From assembly GCA_902618485.1 (NCBI GenBank), contig CACNAR010000003.1, positions 32,268 through 96,267 of the forward strand: DNA of 64,000 nucleotides, written 5' to 3'. The stretch comes from an uncultured Pelagibacteraceae bacterium. GTDB lineage: Bacteria; Pseudomonadota; Alphaproteobacteria; Pelagibacterales; Pelagibacteraceae. Below the pieces are notes generated by a model, which did no database searches, was not told where the DNA came from, and saw only the letters and a program-made list of their open reading frames with translations. Below are positions 30,586 to 41,247 of this stretch, in pieces; the stretch's first letter is position 1, and each line of letters begins with the position of its first letter. Position numbers and translations under genes: made by a program.

Positions 30586-32805
30586 TTAATAAAGAGGATC
30601 ATCCTTAAAAAAATTTTTCATTTTTATAGGTTTTTGCTCTAAAATGTATCGATAGACATTATAATTTTCCAAAACTCTTTGTACATAATTTCTTGTTTCT
30701 CTAAATTTAATTAGTTCAATCCAGTTTATATAATCAATCTGTTTTTTTTGAGGGTTTTTATTTATTTTTTTCCAATATTTAACTCTTTTTGGACCTGCAT
30801 TATAAGCTGCAACAGCAAAAGGATATGCTCCATCATAGTCAAGAATTAAACCAGCAATGTAATGTGATCCAAGGTTTATATTATATTCCGCGTCCTTTGT
30901 TAATCTTGATTTTGAATAGGGAAGTTTTGCTTGTTTGGCTACTACTTTTGCGGTGTAGGGCATTAGTTGCATTAATCCTTTTGCACCCGCATGACTATTA
31001 GCACTTAAATCAAATTCACTCTCTTGTCTGATTATTGATAAAATAAAAGCAGTTTCTGGAATTTTTCTTCCATTGATGTATTTGGGTGTACTTATGATTG
31101 GATAATTAAATTTATTATGAAATCTTTTTTCATATGAAGCAATTTTTGCAATTTGAATTGCAAAATCAAACCTATTAATAGTAGTTGCAAGCTGTGCTGC
31201 TAAAATTTCACTTCCATTTTTGATATCGTCATTAGCCAGATGTCTAAGAATGTGTTTAGTGTATTTATCAGTGTCAAGTTCATCAAGAAGATAAATTATT
31301 TTTACTAATTCCTTTTTAAAAAAATAATCCTTATAATTTTTCGATACTTCTAAATCTTTTGGAAGTTCAAAAGTTTTATCAGGATTTAGTTCCATAAATG
31401 CTAATTGACCATAGTAAGTGGTCAAAAATTCTGCTGCTTTTTGGAGCCATTCAACAGCTAAGTTTTTTTCTCCAAGTTTTTGGTACGTTTTTCCTAACCA
31501 ATATGCACCTCGGGAAACACTTATCGGATAGCCCACATTATTATAAAAATTTTCGAAATGATCTTTTGCTAATAAAGGATCATTTAAAAAACTTAGCGCT
31601 ATCCATCCACTCATCCATTCAGCAGCTGCATATTCAGGTCCGTCGGATAATGCATGATTACTTGACACTTTATAAGCTAATTCAAATTTTTTTTTATAAA
31701 TAAGCGATCTCGAAATAATTTCTCTCTCTGTCCACCATTTGTCAGGTCGAACTAAATAATCTTTTGTATTATTAATCTTTAATAAAATTTCCAGAGAACT
31801 ATCAACTCTGCCTCTTTTCCGTCTCCATTTTAACCTGTCGTAATTTAATCCTGCATCATTTTTAAATCTAGTAGGCACCTTTGCTATAGCATTATCTACG
31901 CCATAAGACTTACTCATCAAAAGTTGCCTTGCTGTGTATAAAAGCTGATAATCTTTTGGTAAATATCTTAAAAGTCTCTTTAAATCCCAATATTTATTAT
32001 TCCAGGCAAGGTAATCTGCTCTTTTAACATAATCATCAGAATTAAGATATTTTTTAAATTTTTTCCTATAAAATTTGAGTTCAGATCTGTTAAGTTCAGC
32101 TGTTATCCATCCTTCTTTGACTAAAGATACTCCCTTTTGCTTACTCCCCAGCAAAACATAGCTTTCACCCAATATCATTTTTCCAAAACCACTTAATGGT
32201 TCGTTATTTTCAAACAAATTAACAATCTTTTTTGGTGATACAGTATCCGTCGAAAGTTTGTGCTCTGCTAAATATTTGATTCTACCTATTCTTGGGTAAT
32301 CCTCATTGGCATCAATAAATGCTTTATATTCATAATATGAGGCTTTATTTCCTTTTGTTAAGAGGTGTCTCCATTGTATAAAATTGTAAATTGATTTGTC
32401 CCTAGCTCTTTTTGAAGTTTTTAAAGCAGAGGTCCACTTTGCTTGTTTCATTTCACTTAAAGCTTTTTTTGCTAATGCAAAATCTTTTTTACTGTAATAT
32501 TTTGATTTTTTAACAGGGTCTTCTTTTTTTACTCCTGCTATCAAAGGTTTTTTTTTAGGTAAAATTATACCCACATTACTCTTTTTCTTAGTAATTTTTT
32601 CGGAATCGGGCTGTTTTTGCTCTTTTTTAATTACTTCTTTTGTTGATGGTTTTTGCAAAGGTCGCAAGACATCTACAAGCAGTTTCTTTTCTTTTTCCTT
32701 CATACTTTGTACAGGCTTTTTTATTGGTATTATTTCTGCAAATGTTTGAGCAGATTGATTAAGAATTACAATCAAACCAATAATTAATAAGAATTTTTTA
32801 AACAT
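30586..32805 (-). CDS. soluble lytic murein transglycosylase (Slt70-like)
   Basis: Signal peptide, long superhelical U-domain, C-terminal SLT domain IIRQESEFDLSANSHAGAKGLMQLMP...AYNAGP. Confidence 0.9.
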   Translation of the reverse strand: MFKKFLLIIGLIVILNQSAQTFAEIIPIKKPVQSMKEKEKKLLVDVLRPLQKPSTKEVIKKEQKQPDSEKITKKKSNVGIILPKKKPLIAGVKKEDPVKKSKYYSKKDFALAKKALSEMKQAKWTSALKTSKRARDKSIYNFIQWRHLLTKGNKASYYEYKAFIDANEDYPRIGRIKYLAEHKLSTDTVSPKKIVNLFENNEPLSGFGKMILGESYVLLGSKQKGVSLVKEGWITAELNRSELKFYRKKFKKYLNSDDYVKRADYLAWNNKYWDLKRLLRYLPKDYQLLYTARQLLMSKSYGVDNAIAKVPTRFKNDAGLNYDRLKWRRKRGRVDSSLEILLKINNTKDYLVRPDKWWTEREIISRSLIYKKKFELAYKVSSNHALSDGPEYAAAEWMSGWIALSFLNDPLLAKDHFENFYNNVGYPISVSRGAYWLGKTYQKLGEKNLAVEWLQKAAEFLTTYYGQLAFMELNPDKTFELPKDLEVSKNYKDYFFKKELVKIIYLLDELDTDKYTKHILRHLANDDIKNGSEILAAQLATTINRFDFAIQIAKIASYEKRFHNKFNYPIISTPKYINGRKIPETAFILSIIRQESEFDLSANSHAGAKGLMQLMPYTAKVVAKQAKLPYSKSRLTKDAEYNINLGSHYIAGLILDYDGAYPFAVAAYNAGPKRVKYWKKINKNPQKKQIDYINWIELIKFRETRNYVQRVLENYNVYRYILEQKPIKMKNFFKDDPLY

Positions 32806-32848
32806 ATTCTTTTACTATATGAATCTTTAAACTATGTTATAAGTATTT

Positions 32849-33730
32849 ATGTTTAAAGGTTCAAATGTTGCTTTAGTCACCCCATTTAAAAATAATCAAC
32901 TTGATGAGGAAAATTATATCAAGTTAATACATTTTCACATCGAAAATGGCACAAATGGTCTAGTACCCGCTGGTACAACGGGTGAGTCTCCAACTTTAAG
33001 CCATGATGAGCATCAAAAAGTAATTGGACTATGTGTTAAAGAAAGTAATGGTAAATTACCTGTTGTTGCGGGAACTGGATCTAATTCCACAGAGGAGGCA
33101 ATTTCTTTAACAAAACATGCTGAAAAAATAGGTGCAAATGGAGCTCTTGTTGTTACTCCATATTATAATAAACCAACACAAGAAGGTTTGTATCAACACT
33201 ACAAAGCTATAAATGATAATTGTGGGATACCAATCCTAATTTATAATATTCCAGGAAGATCCGTAATTGATATGTCTGTAGACACGATGGCAAGATTATT
33301 TGAATTAAAAAATATCGTTGGTGTAAAGGATGCTACGGGAGACTTGAACAGAGTAAATCTAACATTAAAAAAAATGGGAAAAGAATTTATTCAATTAACT
33401 GGAAATGACGACAATTCAATGGAATTTAATAAAAGGGGAGGTGTTGGAGCTATAAGCGTTACAGCTAATATAGCACCTAAATTATGTTCTGAATTTCAAA
33501 AAAATTCTTTAAAAAATGACGACAGATCAATTCAAGAAACTGCAAAATTGGATGAAATATTACAGCCTTTACATAGTGCAATGTTTGTTGAGAGCAATCC
33601 AAGTCCAGTTAAATATGCAGCAAAATTATTAAATCTTTGCAATGATGATGTTAGACTTCCATTAGTTAAAGTTACAGAAAAAACAAAAGATATTGTAGAA
33701 AAAGCTCTTCGGTCATCAAACTTGATTTAA
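32849..33730 (+). CDS. dapA: 4-hydroxy-tetrahydrodipicolinate synthase
   Basis: VALVTPF...[15 protein letters not shown]...YNKPTQEG...YNIPGRS motifs. Confidence 0.95.
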   Translation: MFKGSNVALVTPFKNNQLDEENYIKLIHFHIENGTNGLVPAGTTGESPTLSHDEHQKVIGLCVKESNGKLPVVAGTGSNSTEEAISLTKHAEKIGANGALVVTPYYNKPTQEGLYQHYKAINDNCGIPILIYNIPGRSVIDMSVDTMARLFELKNIVGVKDATGDLNRVNLTLKKMGKEFIQLTGNDDNSMEFNKRGGVGAISVTANIAPKLCSEFQKNSLKNDDRSIQETAKLDEILQPLHSAMFVESNPSPVKYAAKLLNLCNDDVRLPLVKVTEKTKDIVEKALRSSNLI

Positions 33731-34200
33731 TGAGAAAAAAAACCAATCAAGGTTTAAAAATAATCTGTTTAAATAGAAAAGCAAGTTTTAATTATTTTTT
33801 TGAAAGTCGATTGGAGGCTGGAATAGTTCTAAAAGGTTCGGAGATCAAATCCTTAAGACTAGGCAAAGTTAATATCGCAGATTCTTACGCAGTTGAAAAA
33901 AATGGAGAAATTATTTTAATTAATTCCCATATAGCATCTTACAAACAATCAAGTTACATAAATCACAAACCATTAGATGAAAGAAAACTTTTGCTGAACA
34001 AAAGAGAAATAAATAAACTTATAGGTAAAATGCAAAGAGAAGGTTTCACAATAATTCCTACAAAAATGTATTTTAAGAAAGGTAAAGCTAAAATTGAGTT
34101 AGCTGTCGCAAAAGGAAAAAAACAATTTGATAAAAGAGCTGCAATTAAAAGAAGAGATTGGAATCGTGATAAGGCAAGATATGTCAGAAAAACAAGCTAA
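33730..34200 (+). CDS. smpB: SsrA-binding protein
   Basis: [11 protein letters not shown]...[14 protein letters not shown]...LLLNKREI...KGKKQFDKR is canonical SmpB. Confidence 0.95.
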   Translation: MRKKTNQGLKIICLNRKASFNYFFESRLEAGIVLKGSEIKSLRLGKVNIADSYAVEKNGEIILINSHIASYKQSSYINHKPLDERKLLLNKREINKLIGKMQREGFTIIPTKMYFKKGKAKIELAVAKGKKQFDKRAAIKRRDWNRDKARYVRKTS

Positions 34201-34678
34201 AATCATTTATTTGAGCCTTGGTTCTAATCTTGGTAACAGAAAAAGAAATATAGAAAAAACTAAATTCAAATTACATTCCAAAGGTATAAATATAATTAAA
34301 TCCTCAAATTATTACGAAACTTTATCTTGGCCAAATCCAAAAAATCCAAAATTTTATAATGTAATTTTAAAAGTTTCATCAGATCTAAAAATATTAGAAT
34401 TATTAAAAATTTGTAAGCAGATAGAAACATCTTTAGGAAGAAAAAAAGGTCCCAAAAATTCACCCCGCACATGTGATATTGATATTATTGATTATAATCA
34501 AAAAATTAGTGCAAACGGAATAAATATTCCTCATCCAAGAATGCACCTTAGAAATTTTGTATTAATACCATTATTCGAAATAGAAAAAACATGGAAATAC
34601 CCAAATTCTAAACGATATATAAAAAATCTTATTTTTTCTTTGTCAAATAGTGACATTAGATCTATTAAACTTGTTTGA
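34181..34678 (+). CDS. folK: 2-amino-4-hydroxy-6-hydroxymethyldihydropteridine diphosphokinase
   Basis: [12 protein letters not shown]..., [10 protein letters not shown]-like [25 protein letters not shown]. Start taken at ATG 34181 (MSEKQAK...) rather than the ORF-track 34127. Confidence 0.88.
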   Translation: MSEKQAKIIYLSLGSNLGNRKRNIEKTKFKLHSKGINIIKSSNYYETLSWPNPKNPKFYNVILKVSSDLKILELLKICKQIETSLGRKKGPKNSPRTCDIDIIDYNQKISANGINIPHPRMHLRNFVLIPLFEIEKTWKYPNSKRYIKNLIFSLSNSDIRSIKLV

Positions 34679-34697
34679 ATTAATGATATAATCAAGA

Positions 34698-36443
34698 ATG
34701 TTAAATTCTGAAGAACTTATAAATAAGGTCAAAGATTATAATAAATTTTTGAATCCAGAAAAACTTAATAAAGCTTACGATTTTGCAGTTAAAGCGCATG
34801 AAAACCAAAAAAGAGCATCAGGAGATCCATATTCAGTCCATCCAATTGAAGTAGCAAATATTTTAACAGATTTAAAATTAGACAGCGCAACAATAACAAC
34901 AGGTTTATTACACGATACCATCGAGGATACATACGCAACATATGATACGATTAAAGGAGAATTTGGAATTGAAGTGGCTGATTTAGTTGATGGAGTTACA
35001 AAAATTTCTGTATTTGAAAATACCGCATCACCAAACTCGAAAGCAGAAAACTTCAGAAAATTAATTTTAGCTACATCAAAAGATATAAGAGTTTTATTAG
35101 TTAAAATTGCTGATCGCCTCCACAATATGAGAACCATCAAAGCAATTAAAAAAAAAGATAAAAGACAAAGAATAGCTCAGGAAACAATGGAGATTTATGC
35201 ACCTCTGGCTGATAGAATGGGTATGCATAGAATTAGAGATGAATTAGAGGATTTATCTTTTGAAATTTTAAATAATGATGCACGATCATTAATTCAAAAA
35301 CGATTAGATGAAATAAAATTAGATAAAAAAGATATTTTTGTAACACTATCAAATGAAATTAATACATTGCTATTTAAGAATAATATTCAGTCAAAAATTT
35401 TTGGTAGAGAAAAAACTCCTTTTTCAATTTGGAGAAAAGTTCAAAAGAAGAGAGTCTCATTAGAACAAATTACAGATATAATTGGATTTAGAATTATTCT
35501 TAATGATATAGATGATTGCTATAAAACTTTAGGTATACTTCACAAGGAATGGAATTGTATTCCAGGAAAATTCAAAGATTATATATCATCACCGAAAATA
35601 AACGGATATAAGTCAATTCATACGTCAGTTATTGGATCTTATAAAAAACCAATAGAAATACAAATAAGAACAAAAAGGATGCACGATTTTGCTGAGCGGG
35701 GAATAGCATCTCATTGGCAATATAAATCTTCGGAAAAATTTAATTCTTTAACGTGGAAAGAGTACGATTGGTTAAAAGATTTAGTTGAGATTATAGAAAA
35801 AAATGAAAATCCTGAACATTCGTATGAATACACTAAAATGCAAATGTTCCAAGAAAATGTATTTTGTTTTACACCTAAAGGATCCGTTATTAAGTTGCCA
35901 AAAGATGCAACTCCAATTGATTTTGCATACGCAGTGCATACAAAAATAGGTGATACTGCTGTTGGTTGTGAGATCAATGGTAACAAAGGAGAATTACAAA
36001 GTATTTTAAGAAATGGAGATACGATAAAAATTATAACATCCAAAAATAATTCACCCTCACTACATTGGATACCAATTACTAAAACTGGTAAGGCTAGATC
36101 TGCTATTAGAAAGTATTGGCATGATAAAGGAGAAAAAAAACAGGAAAGAGTAAAAAAATACAATACCACTCTTTGGATTTCTTTACCTGATAAACCAGGT
36201 CAATTAGGTAATGTTAGTTCACTTATAGGACAACATAAATTAAATATATCAAATCTTGAGATGGTTGGAAAAAACCCTAATTATATTAATTTCAAGTTTC
36301 AACTTATAATAAGAGATCTTAAAAATTTTACTAATTTTATTGCAGAGCTTAAACAAAAAGGTATAAAATTTAAGATAATCAGACACGAAGATAAAAGAAA
36401 TGCTTTCACACAAAAAATCCTTAAATATTTTAAGAAAAACTGA
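34698..36443 (+). CDS. spoT: bifunctional (p)ppGpp synthetase/hydrolase, short RSH (581 aa)
   Basis: HD hydrolase motifs (HPIEVA, HDTIEDT), synthetase EIQIRTKRMHDFAERGIASHWQYK, TGS domain, then almost directly a C-terminal ACT/RRM-like domain. Confidence 0.92.
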   Translation: MLNSEELINKVKDYNKFLNPEKLNKAYDFAVKAHENQKRASGDPYSVHPIEVANILTDLKLDSATITTGLLHDTIEDTYATYDTIKGEFGIEVADLVDGVTKISVFENTASPNSKAENFRKLILATSKDIRVLLVKIADRLHNMRTIKAIKKKDKRQRIAQETMEIYAPLADRMGMHRIRDELEDLSFEILNNDARSLIQKRLDEIKLDKKDIFVTLSNEINTLLFKNNIQSKIFGREKTPFSIWRKVQKKRVSLEQITDIIGFRIILNDIDDCYKTLGILHKEWNCIPGKFKDYISSPKINGYKSIHTSVIGSYKKPIEIQIRTKRMHDFAERGIASHWQYKSSEKFNSLTWKEYDWLKDLVEIIEKNENPEHSYEYTKMQMFQENVFCFTPKGSVIKLPKDATPIDFAYAVHTKIGDTAVGCEINGNKGELQSILRNGDTIKIITSKNNSPSLHWIPITKTGKARSAIRKYWHDKGEKKQERVKKYNTTLWISLPDKPGQLGNVSSLIGQHKLNISNLEMVGKNPNYINFKFQLIIRDLKNFTNFIAELKQKGIKFKIIRHEDKRNAFTQKILKYFKKN

Positions 36444-36987
36444 TGCGCTTTTAGAAGGACATTTTATATTATCATCCGGCCTCCATTCTTCAAAATACAT
36501 TCAATGTGCAAAACTTTTAAGTTATCCCTATTTAGCTGATAAAATATGCAAGTCTCTAGCAAACAAGATTAAAAAAAATTTCAGTAAATTCGATCTTATT
36601 TTATCTCCAGCAATGGGAGGCATAATAATTGGCTATGAAATAGGTAGAATTTTAAAAAAAGAAACTATTTTTTGTGAAAGAGTAAAGGGTAAATTCACAC
36701 TCAGAAGAGGATTTAAGATAAGAAAAGGATCAAAGGTCTTAATAATTGAAGATGTTATTACTACAGGAAAGTCTAGTATCGAATGTGTCAAATTAATAAA
36801 AAAAGCTAAAGCAAAATTAATAGGATTTGCCTCTATAATTGACAGGTCAAATAAAAGAAATCTCAAAATAAAAAGTAAAATTATTTCTCATCTTAGAATA
36901 GATGTGCCAGTTTTTAATAAAAAACAAATACCAAATAGTTTAAAACTTATTCCTATAACAACGCCGGGGAGTAGATTTACAAAATGA
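36400..36987 (+). CDS. pyrE: orotate phosphoribosyltransferase
   Basis: LLEGHFILSSGLHSSKY and PRPP-binding VLIIEDVITTGKS. Only one Met is available, giving a 44-nt overlap with spoT. Confidence 0.9.
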   Translation: MLSHKKSLNILRKTDALLEGHFILSSGLHSSKYIQCAKLLSYPYLADKICKSLANKIKKNFSKFDLILSPAMGGIIIGYEIGRILKKETIFCERVKGKFTLRRGFKIRKGSKVLIIEDVITTGKSSIECVKLIKKAKAKLIGFASIIDRSNKRNLKIKSKIISHLRIDVPVFNKKQIPNSLKLIPITTPGSRFTK

Positions 36988-37700
36988 AACGTTTAGGGGT
37001 AAATATCGATCATGTAGCAACCTTAAGAAATGCAAGAGGTGAAAATCATCCAGATCCAGTTCATGCTGCTAAATTTGCTAAAAAAGTTGGAGCAGATTCA
37101 ATTACAATTCACTTAAGAGAAGATAGACGACATATTAATGATTCTGATGCTAAAAGAATATGTTCTATAAAAGGATTACTAGTAAATTTAGAAATTTCAA
37201 CAAATTCAGCCATCGTTAAAAAAGTAATAAATATAAAGCCTAATTTTATTTGTATTGTTCCCGAAAAAAGAAAAGAAATAACCACTGAAGGTGGTTTAGA
37301 TTTGATTAAAAATAAAACCAAAATTCAAAACATAATAAAAAAATTTAAAAAATTAAATATTAGGACAAGTCTTTTTGTAAATCCAACTTTAAACGATATT
37401 AGAATATCAAAAGCAATTAGTGCTGATTGTGTTGAAATACATACAGGTAAATTATCCAATTTAGTTAAAACACGAAAAAATTTTTCAAAAGAATTAAATA
37501 GAATCAAAAAATGTTCTTATCTCGCGAATGATTTGGGAATAGAAGTTCATGCTGGACATGGCCTTGACTACAAAACAACAAAAATTCTAACCAAGATAAA
37601 AGAGATAAAAGAGTTTAATATTGGACATTTTATTATCGGTGAATCAATTTTTTTGGGCCTAAAGAACGTAGTTAAAAAATTTAAGACTTTAATTAAGTAA
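36984..37700 (+). CDS. pdxJ: pyridoxine 5'-phosphate synthase
   Basis: LGVNIDHVATLRNARG...ITIHLREDRRHI...VPEKR.E.TTEGGLD...HAGHGL motifs. Confidence 0.95.
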   Translation: MKRLGVNIDHVATLRNARGENHPDPVHAAKFAKKVGADSITIHLREDRRHINDSDAKRICSIKGLLVNLEISTNSAIVKKVINIKPNFICIVPEKRKEITTEGGLDLIKNKTKIQNIIKKFKKLNIRTSLFVNPTLNDIRISKAISADCVEIHTGKLSNLVKTRKNFSKELNRIKKCSYLANDLGIEVHAGHGLDYKTTKILTKIKEIKEFNIGHFIIGESIFLGLKNVVKKFKTLIK

Positions 37701-37701
37701 C

Positions 37702-38088
37702 ATGAAAATTTTAGGTGTAGGTGTAGATATAGTTAAAAATAGTAGATTTAAAATCTTAACACAAAAAAAAAACTTTGTTCTACGAACTTTTAGTAAAAAT
37801 GAAATAAATTTTTCAAAGAAAAAAAATACAAAAATACCTTTTTTCGCAAAGAGATTTGCAGCTAAAGAGTCTTTTTCTAAATCTTTAGGAACTGGAATTA
37901 GAGATAATCTTAACTTTAAAGACATTGAAATTCTAAGTGATAAATTTGGTAAACCTTATTTTCGTAAAACAAAAAAAATCAACAATCTTATCTATAAGAA
38001 ATTTAAAGTTAAAAGATACAATTTGTTTCTTTCAATTTCTGATGAAAAAGACTATTCAATAGCATTTACAATTATTCAAAAACATTAA
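37702..38088 (+). CDS. acpS: holo-ACP synthase
   Basis: ILGVGVDIV...FAAKESFSK...SISDEKDYSIAF is typical AcpS. Confidence 0.9.
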   Translation: MKILGVGVDIVKNSRFKILTQKKNFVLRTFSKNEINFSKKKNTKIPFFAKRFAAKESFSKSLGTGIRDNLNFKDIEILSDKFGKPYFRKTKKINNLIYKKFKVKRYNLFLSISDEKDYSIAFTIIQKH

Positions 38089-38822
38089 TGTTTAATAAAA
38101 ATTTTTTGATCGAAAACACAAAAACATTATTTTATGCCCTAATAATTGCTGTTTTTATTAGGTCTATTATTATTCAACCATTTTATATACCGTCGTCATC
38201 TATGGAACCTAATCTTTTAGTTGGTGACAGATTATTTGTAAGTAAATATTCTTTTGGTTATAGTAAACATTCATTTCCATTTAGCCCCCCAATTTTTAAA
38301 GGAAGAATTTTTTTTAACGAGCCTAAAAGAGGCGATGTAGTTGTTTTTAAAACCCCAGCAGATAATAGAACTGATTATATAAAAAGATTAATTGGTATTC
38401 CAGGAGATAAAATTCAGTTTATAAATTCAGAGTTATATATAAATAATAATTTAATTTTTAGAAATAAAACATCAGATAATGATAAAATTTTTTGTGGAAA
38501 AAAAAAAATAGATGTTTTTTCTTTTAAAGAAAAATTGCCCAATGGCTATGATTATAAAACAGTTTATTTTAAAAAAGGTTCTTTTCAAAATTCTGATATT
38601 TTTGTTGTGCCCAAAGATAATTACTTCTTTTTAGGTGATAATAGAGACTGTTCAAAAGATAGCAGATTTCTATCAAGTGTAGGCTATGTCCATAAAGATA
38701 ATCTAGTAGGCAAGGCTCAATTTATTTTCTTTTCATCAGATAGATCTTTTGGAAGTATTTTTTATTTTTGGAAATGGAATAAGTCTATTAGATTTGACAG
38801 ATTTTTTAAAAAAATTAAATAA
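38088..38822 (+). CDS. lepB: signal peptidase I
   Basis: IPSSSMEPNL (catalytic Ser box), GDVVVF, YIKRLIG.PGD, GDNRDCSKDSR boxes. Confidence 0.94.
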   Translation: MFNKNFLIENTKTLFYALIIAVFIRSIIIQPFYIPSSSMEPNLLVGDRLFVSKYSFGYSKHSFPFSPPIFKGRIFFNEPKRGDVVVFKTPADNRTDYIKRLIGIPGDKIQFINSELYINNNLIFRNKTSDNDKIFCGKKKIDVFSFKEKLPNGYDYKTVYFKKGSFQNSDIFVVPKDNYFFLGDNRDCSKDSRFLSSVGYVHKDNLVGKAQFIFFSSDRSFGSIFYFWKWNKSIRFDRFFKKIK

Positions 38823-39484
38823 TGAAATTTCTTTATATAAATCTTGAAAAAAAATTAGGTATAAATTTTAAGAATAAAAATCTTTTGGTAAAATCATTGA
38901 CTCATAAAAGTTTCGATAATCAGCATAACAATGAAAAAATGGAATTTTTGGGAGACAGAGTTTTAGGCCTGGTTATTGCTAAAAAACTTTTAGAAATTTA
39001 TCCAGATGAAAAAGAGGGTGTGTTAGATAAAAAATTTGCATCACTTGTTAACAGAAGAACTTGTTTACAAATTGCGAATGAAATTGAATTAGAAAAATAT
39101 ATATTAATTTTTAGACCTAAAAATAAAAAAACAGTCATTGAGGATAAAGTTGTCGCGGATAGTTGTGAGGCTTTAATAGGTGCAATTTATTTAGATAGAG
39201 GTTTAACAACTGTAGAAAAAATTATTCTTAATTTATGGAAAAAACATTTAGAAAAAAGTGTGATAACAGAAATTGACGCAAAAACAAAATTACAAGAATT
39301 GTCTCTAAAAAAATTTAAAAAATTGCCAATTTATAAGTTAATATCTAATACTGGTCCAAGACATAAACCCCTGTTTAAAGTTGGTGTGAAATTATTTAAC
39401 ACAAAATTATTTATATCTGAGGGTAGATCAAAAAAAGACGCTGAACAAAATGCAGCAATACTTTGCTTAAAAAATATTATTTAA
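38822..39484 (+). CDS. rnc: ribonuclease III
   Basis: NEKMEFLGDRVLG signature, DSCEALIGAIYLD, C-terminal dsRBD (GPRHKPLFKV...GRSKKDAEQNAA). Confidence 0.95.
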   Translation: MKFLYINLEKKLGINFKNKNLLVKSLTHKSFDNQHNNEKMEFLGDRVLGLVIAKKLLEIYPDEKEGVLDKKFASLVNRRTCLQIANEIELEKYILIFRPKNKKTVIEDKVVADSCEALIGAIYLDRGLTTVEKIILNLWKKHLEKSVITEIDAKTKLQELSLKKFKKLPIYKLISNTGPRHKPLFKVGVKLFNTKLFISEGRSKKDAEQNAAILCLKNII

Positions 39485-39486
39485 TT

Positions 39487-40167
39487 ATGACTTGGGACGA
39501 TGAGGGTTTTTTAATTTCAAAAAATAAATATAGTGAAAATTCTTTAATTGTTGAAATTTTTACCAAAAATTATGGAAAAGTGTCTGGGATTATTTTTGGT
39601 GGAACTTCGAGAAAAATTAAGAATTATCTTCAGTTAGGAAATCAATTACATGTAAATTATTCTTCCAAAACAGAAAATAAGATTGGCAATTTTAAAATTG
39701 AACTAATTAAGGCCTATGCTCCTATTTTTTTTGATAATTATAGGAAATTATTATGTATTTTTTCTGCCTTCCAATTAATAAAAATTTTAACTGCAGAGTC
39801 TCAAAAAAATATTAAGATTTATGACCTAATTGAAAATTTTTATATTTTGTTAAAAAAAGAAAGTTGGATAAAAAATTATATTTTTTGGGAGTTAGAATTA
39901 TTTAAAATTATTGGCTATGACCTTGAATTAAAAAATTTAGTAAAAAAAGAACTTATTAACAATGAAGTTAAGTATTTAGTAAAATCTACAAAAGAAAACA
40001 AAATTGTTCCTAATTTCTTAATAGATGATAACCAGGATTTTTTAAATGAGGAAATTTTAATTGATGGATTAAGACTAGTTGGTGATTATTTAGAAAAAAG
40101 TATATTAAGACCTAATAATATCAATTATCCATTAAGCAGATTGAGGTTTTTAAATACATTTAAATAG
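39487..40167 (+). CDS. recO: DNA repair protein RecO
   Basis: MTWDDEGFLISKNKYSENSLIVEIFTK... OB-fold start, plus the conserved rnc-(era)-recO neighbourhood. Start taken at ATG 39487, just after the rnc stop. Confidence 0.8.
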   Translation: MTWDDEGFLISKNKYSENSLIVEIFTKNYGKVSGIIFGGTSRKIKNYLQLGNQLHVNYSSKTENKIGNFKIELIKAYAPIFFDNYRKLLCIFSAFQLIKILTAESQKNIKIYDLIENFYILLKKESWIKNYIFWELELFKIIGYDLELKNLVKKELINNEVKYLVKSTKENKIVPNFLIDDNQDFLNEEILIDGLRLVGDYLEKSILRPNNINYPLSRLRFLNTFK

Positions 40168-41157
40168 CTAACTTAATATTTTATCAATTCTATCTGCATA
40201 ATAGCTAACAATTGCGTTAGCACCCGATCGTTTGAATGAAATGAGACTCTCCAGAATAGCGTCATTATTTACAAAACCTTTATTAATAGCATTCGATAAT
40301 AAAGTATACTCTCCTGATACTTGATAAGCAAATACTGGTATTTTAAATTTTTCTTTCACAGATTTTATAATATCTAAATATGGCATACCTGGTTTAACCA
40401 TTACCATATCGGCGCCCTCTTTGATATCCAAAGCAACTTCCCTTAAAGCTTCATCGCTATTTCTAAAATCCATTTGATAATTCTTTTTATTACCCTTTAA
40501 GATATTTTTAGAACCAACTGCATCTCTAAAGGGACCATAGAAACTAGAGGCATACTTAACTGCGTAAGATAAAATTTGTGTCATCTTATAACCATTTTTA
40601 TCTAACAATTTTCTAATTTTACCTATTCTTCCATCCATCATATCAGATGGTGCTATGACATCACATCCCATTTCAGCTTGTAACAATGATTGTTTTATTA
40701 AAATTTCTACTGTTTCATCATTCAAAACATATTTATTATTCACTAATCCATCTTGTCCATGCGAAGTATATGGATCCAATGCAACATCACACATAACTCC
40801 AATCTCATTTTGATATTTTCTTTTAATCAACTGTAAAGCTTTACAAACTAAATTTTCTTCATTTAAAGCTTCAGTTCCAAATCTATCTTTATCTTTTTTA
40901 TTAGTATAAGGAAATAGAGCAATCATTGGCAGTTTTAATTTAAGTGCTTTATCAACCACTGAGCTTAATTTATCCAATGAATAACGATGCACTCCTGGCA
41001 TAGAATTAATACTTTGCTTTTTATTCTTTCCATCTGTAAGAAACACTGGAAGTATAAAATCATTAGGCGTTAAATTATTTTCAGCTATCAGTCTTCTAGA
41101 CCAATCATTTTTACGACTTCTTCTTAGTCTCAAATTAGGAAAATTACCAGTAATCAT
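40168..41157 (-). CDS. hemB: porphobilinogen synthase (delta-aminolevulinate dehydratase)
   Basis: LRRSRKNDWSRRL..., DVALDPYTSHGQDG, SDMMDGRI, VKPGMPYLDI, AYQVSGEY motifs. Confidence 0.95.
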   Translation of the reverse strand: MITGNFPNLRLRRSRKNDWSRRLIAENNLTPNDFILPVFLTDGKNKKQSINSMPGVHRYSLDKLSSVVDKALKLKLPMIALFPYTNKKDKDRFGTEALNEENLVCKALQLIKRKYQNEIGVMCDVALDPYTSHGQDGLVNNKYVLNDETVEILIKQSLLQAEMGCDVIAPSDMMDGRIGKIRKLLDKNGYKMTQILSYAVKYASSFYGPFRDAVGSKNILKGNKKNYQMDFRNSDEALREVALDIKEGADMVMVKPGMPYLDIIKSVKEKFKIPVFAYQVSGEYTLLSNAINKGFVNNDAILESLISFKRSGANAIVSYYADRIDKILS

Positions 41158-41247
41158 ACTTTATTATATTTATATCGTGCGACAAATGTTATATACAAAT
41201 ATATCTTAAAAAAGATAATAAACAATATTAGGAGACAATTAGCTACA

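Noticed and set aside
34127-34180. N-terminal extensions in the ORF track: folK 34127, recO 39463, rpiB 41807, nrdR 43546, Cbp3-like 51167, rplM 57282, ogt 63337, pyrC-like 14041.
   Set aside because: Each extension overlaps the upstream gene or a regulatory hairpin and precedes the conserved family N-terminus. A start codon sits right at or just after the upstream stop (34181, 39487, 41840, 43582, 51209, 57321, 63298, 14017), giving the compact ATGA/TAATG junctions typical of this genome.
35711-36169. Long antisense ORFs inside real genes. Examples: 152 aa opposite spoT, 126 aa opposite the pyrC-like gene (13596-13976), 123 aa opposite gatA (15970-16341), 124 aa opposite plsX (52051-52425), 121 aa opposite spoT (34775-35140), 108 aa opposite soxA (25329-25655), 106 aa opposite the SBP gene (23358-23678) and 101 aa opposite mgtE (5189-5494).
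   Set aside because: All lie fully within strongly supported genes, in antisense frames where stop codons are suppressed by the sense-strand codon pattern. Their translations are low-complexity Ser/Leu/Phe/Ile-rich with no recognisable motifs, start contexts or independent intergenic signals.
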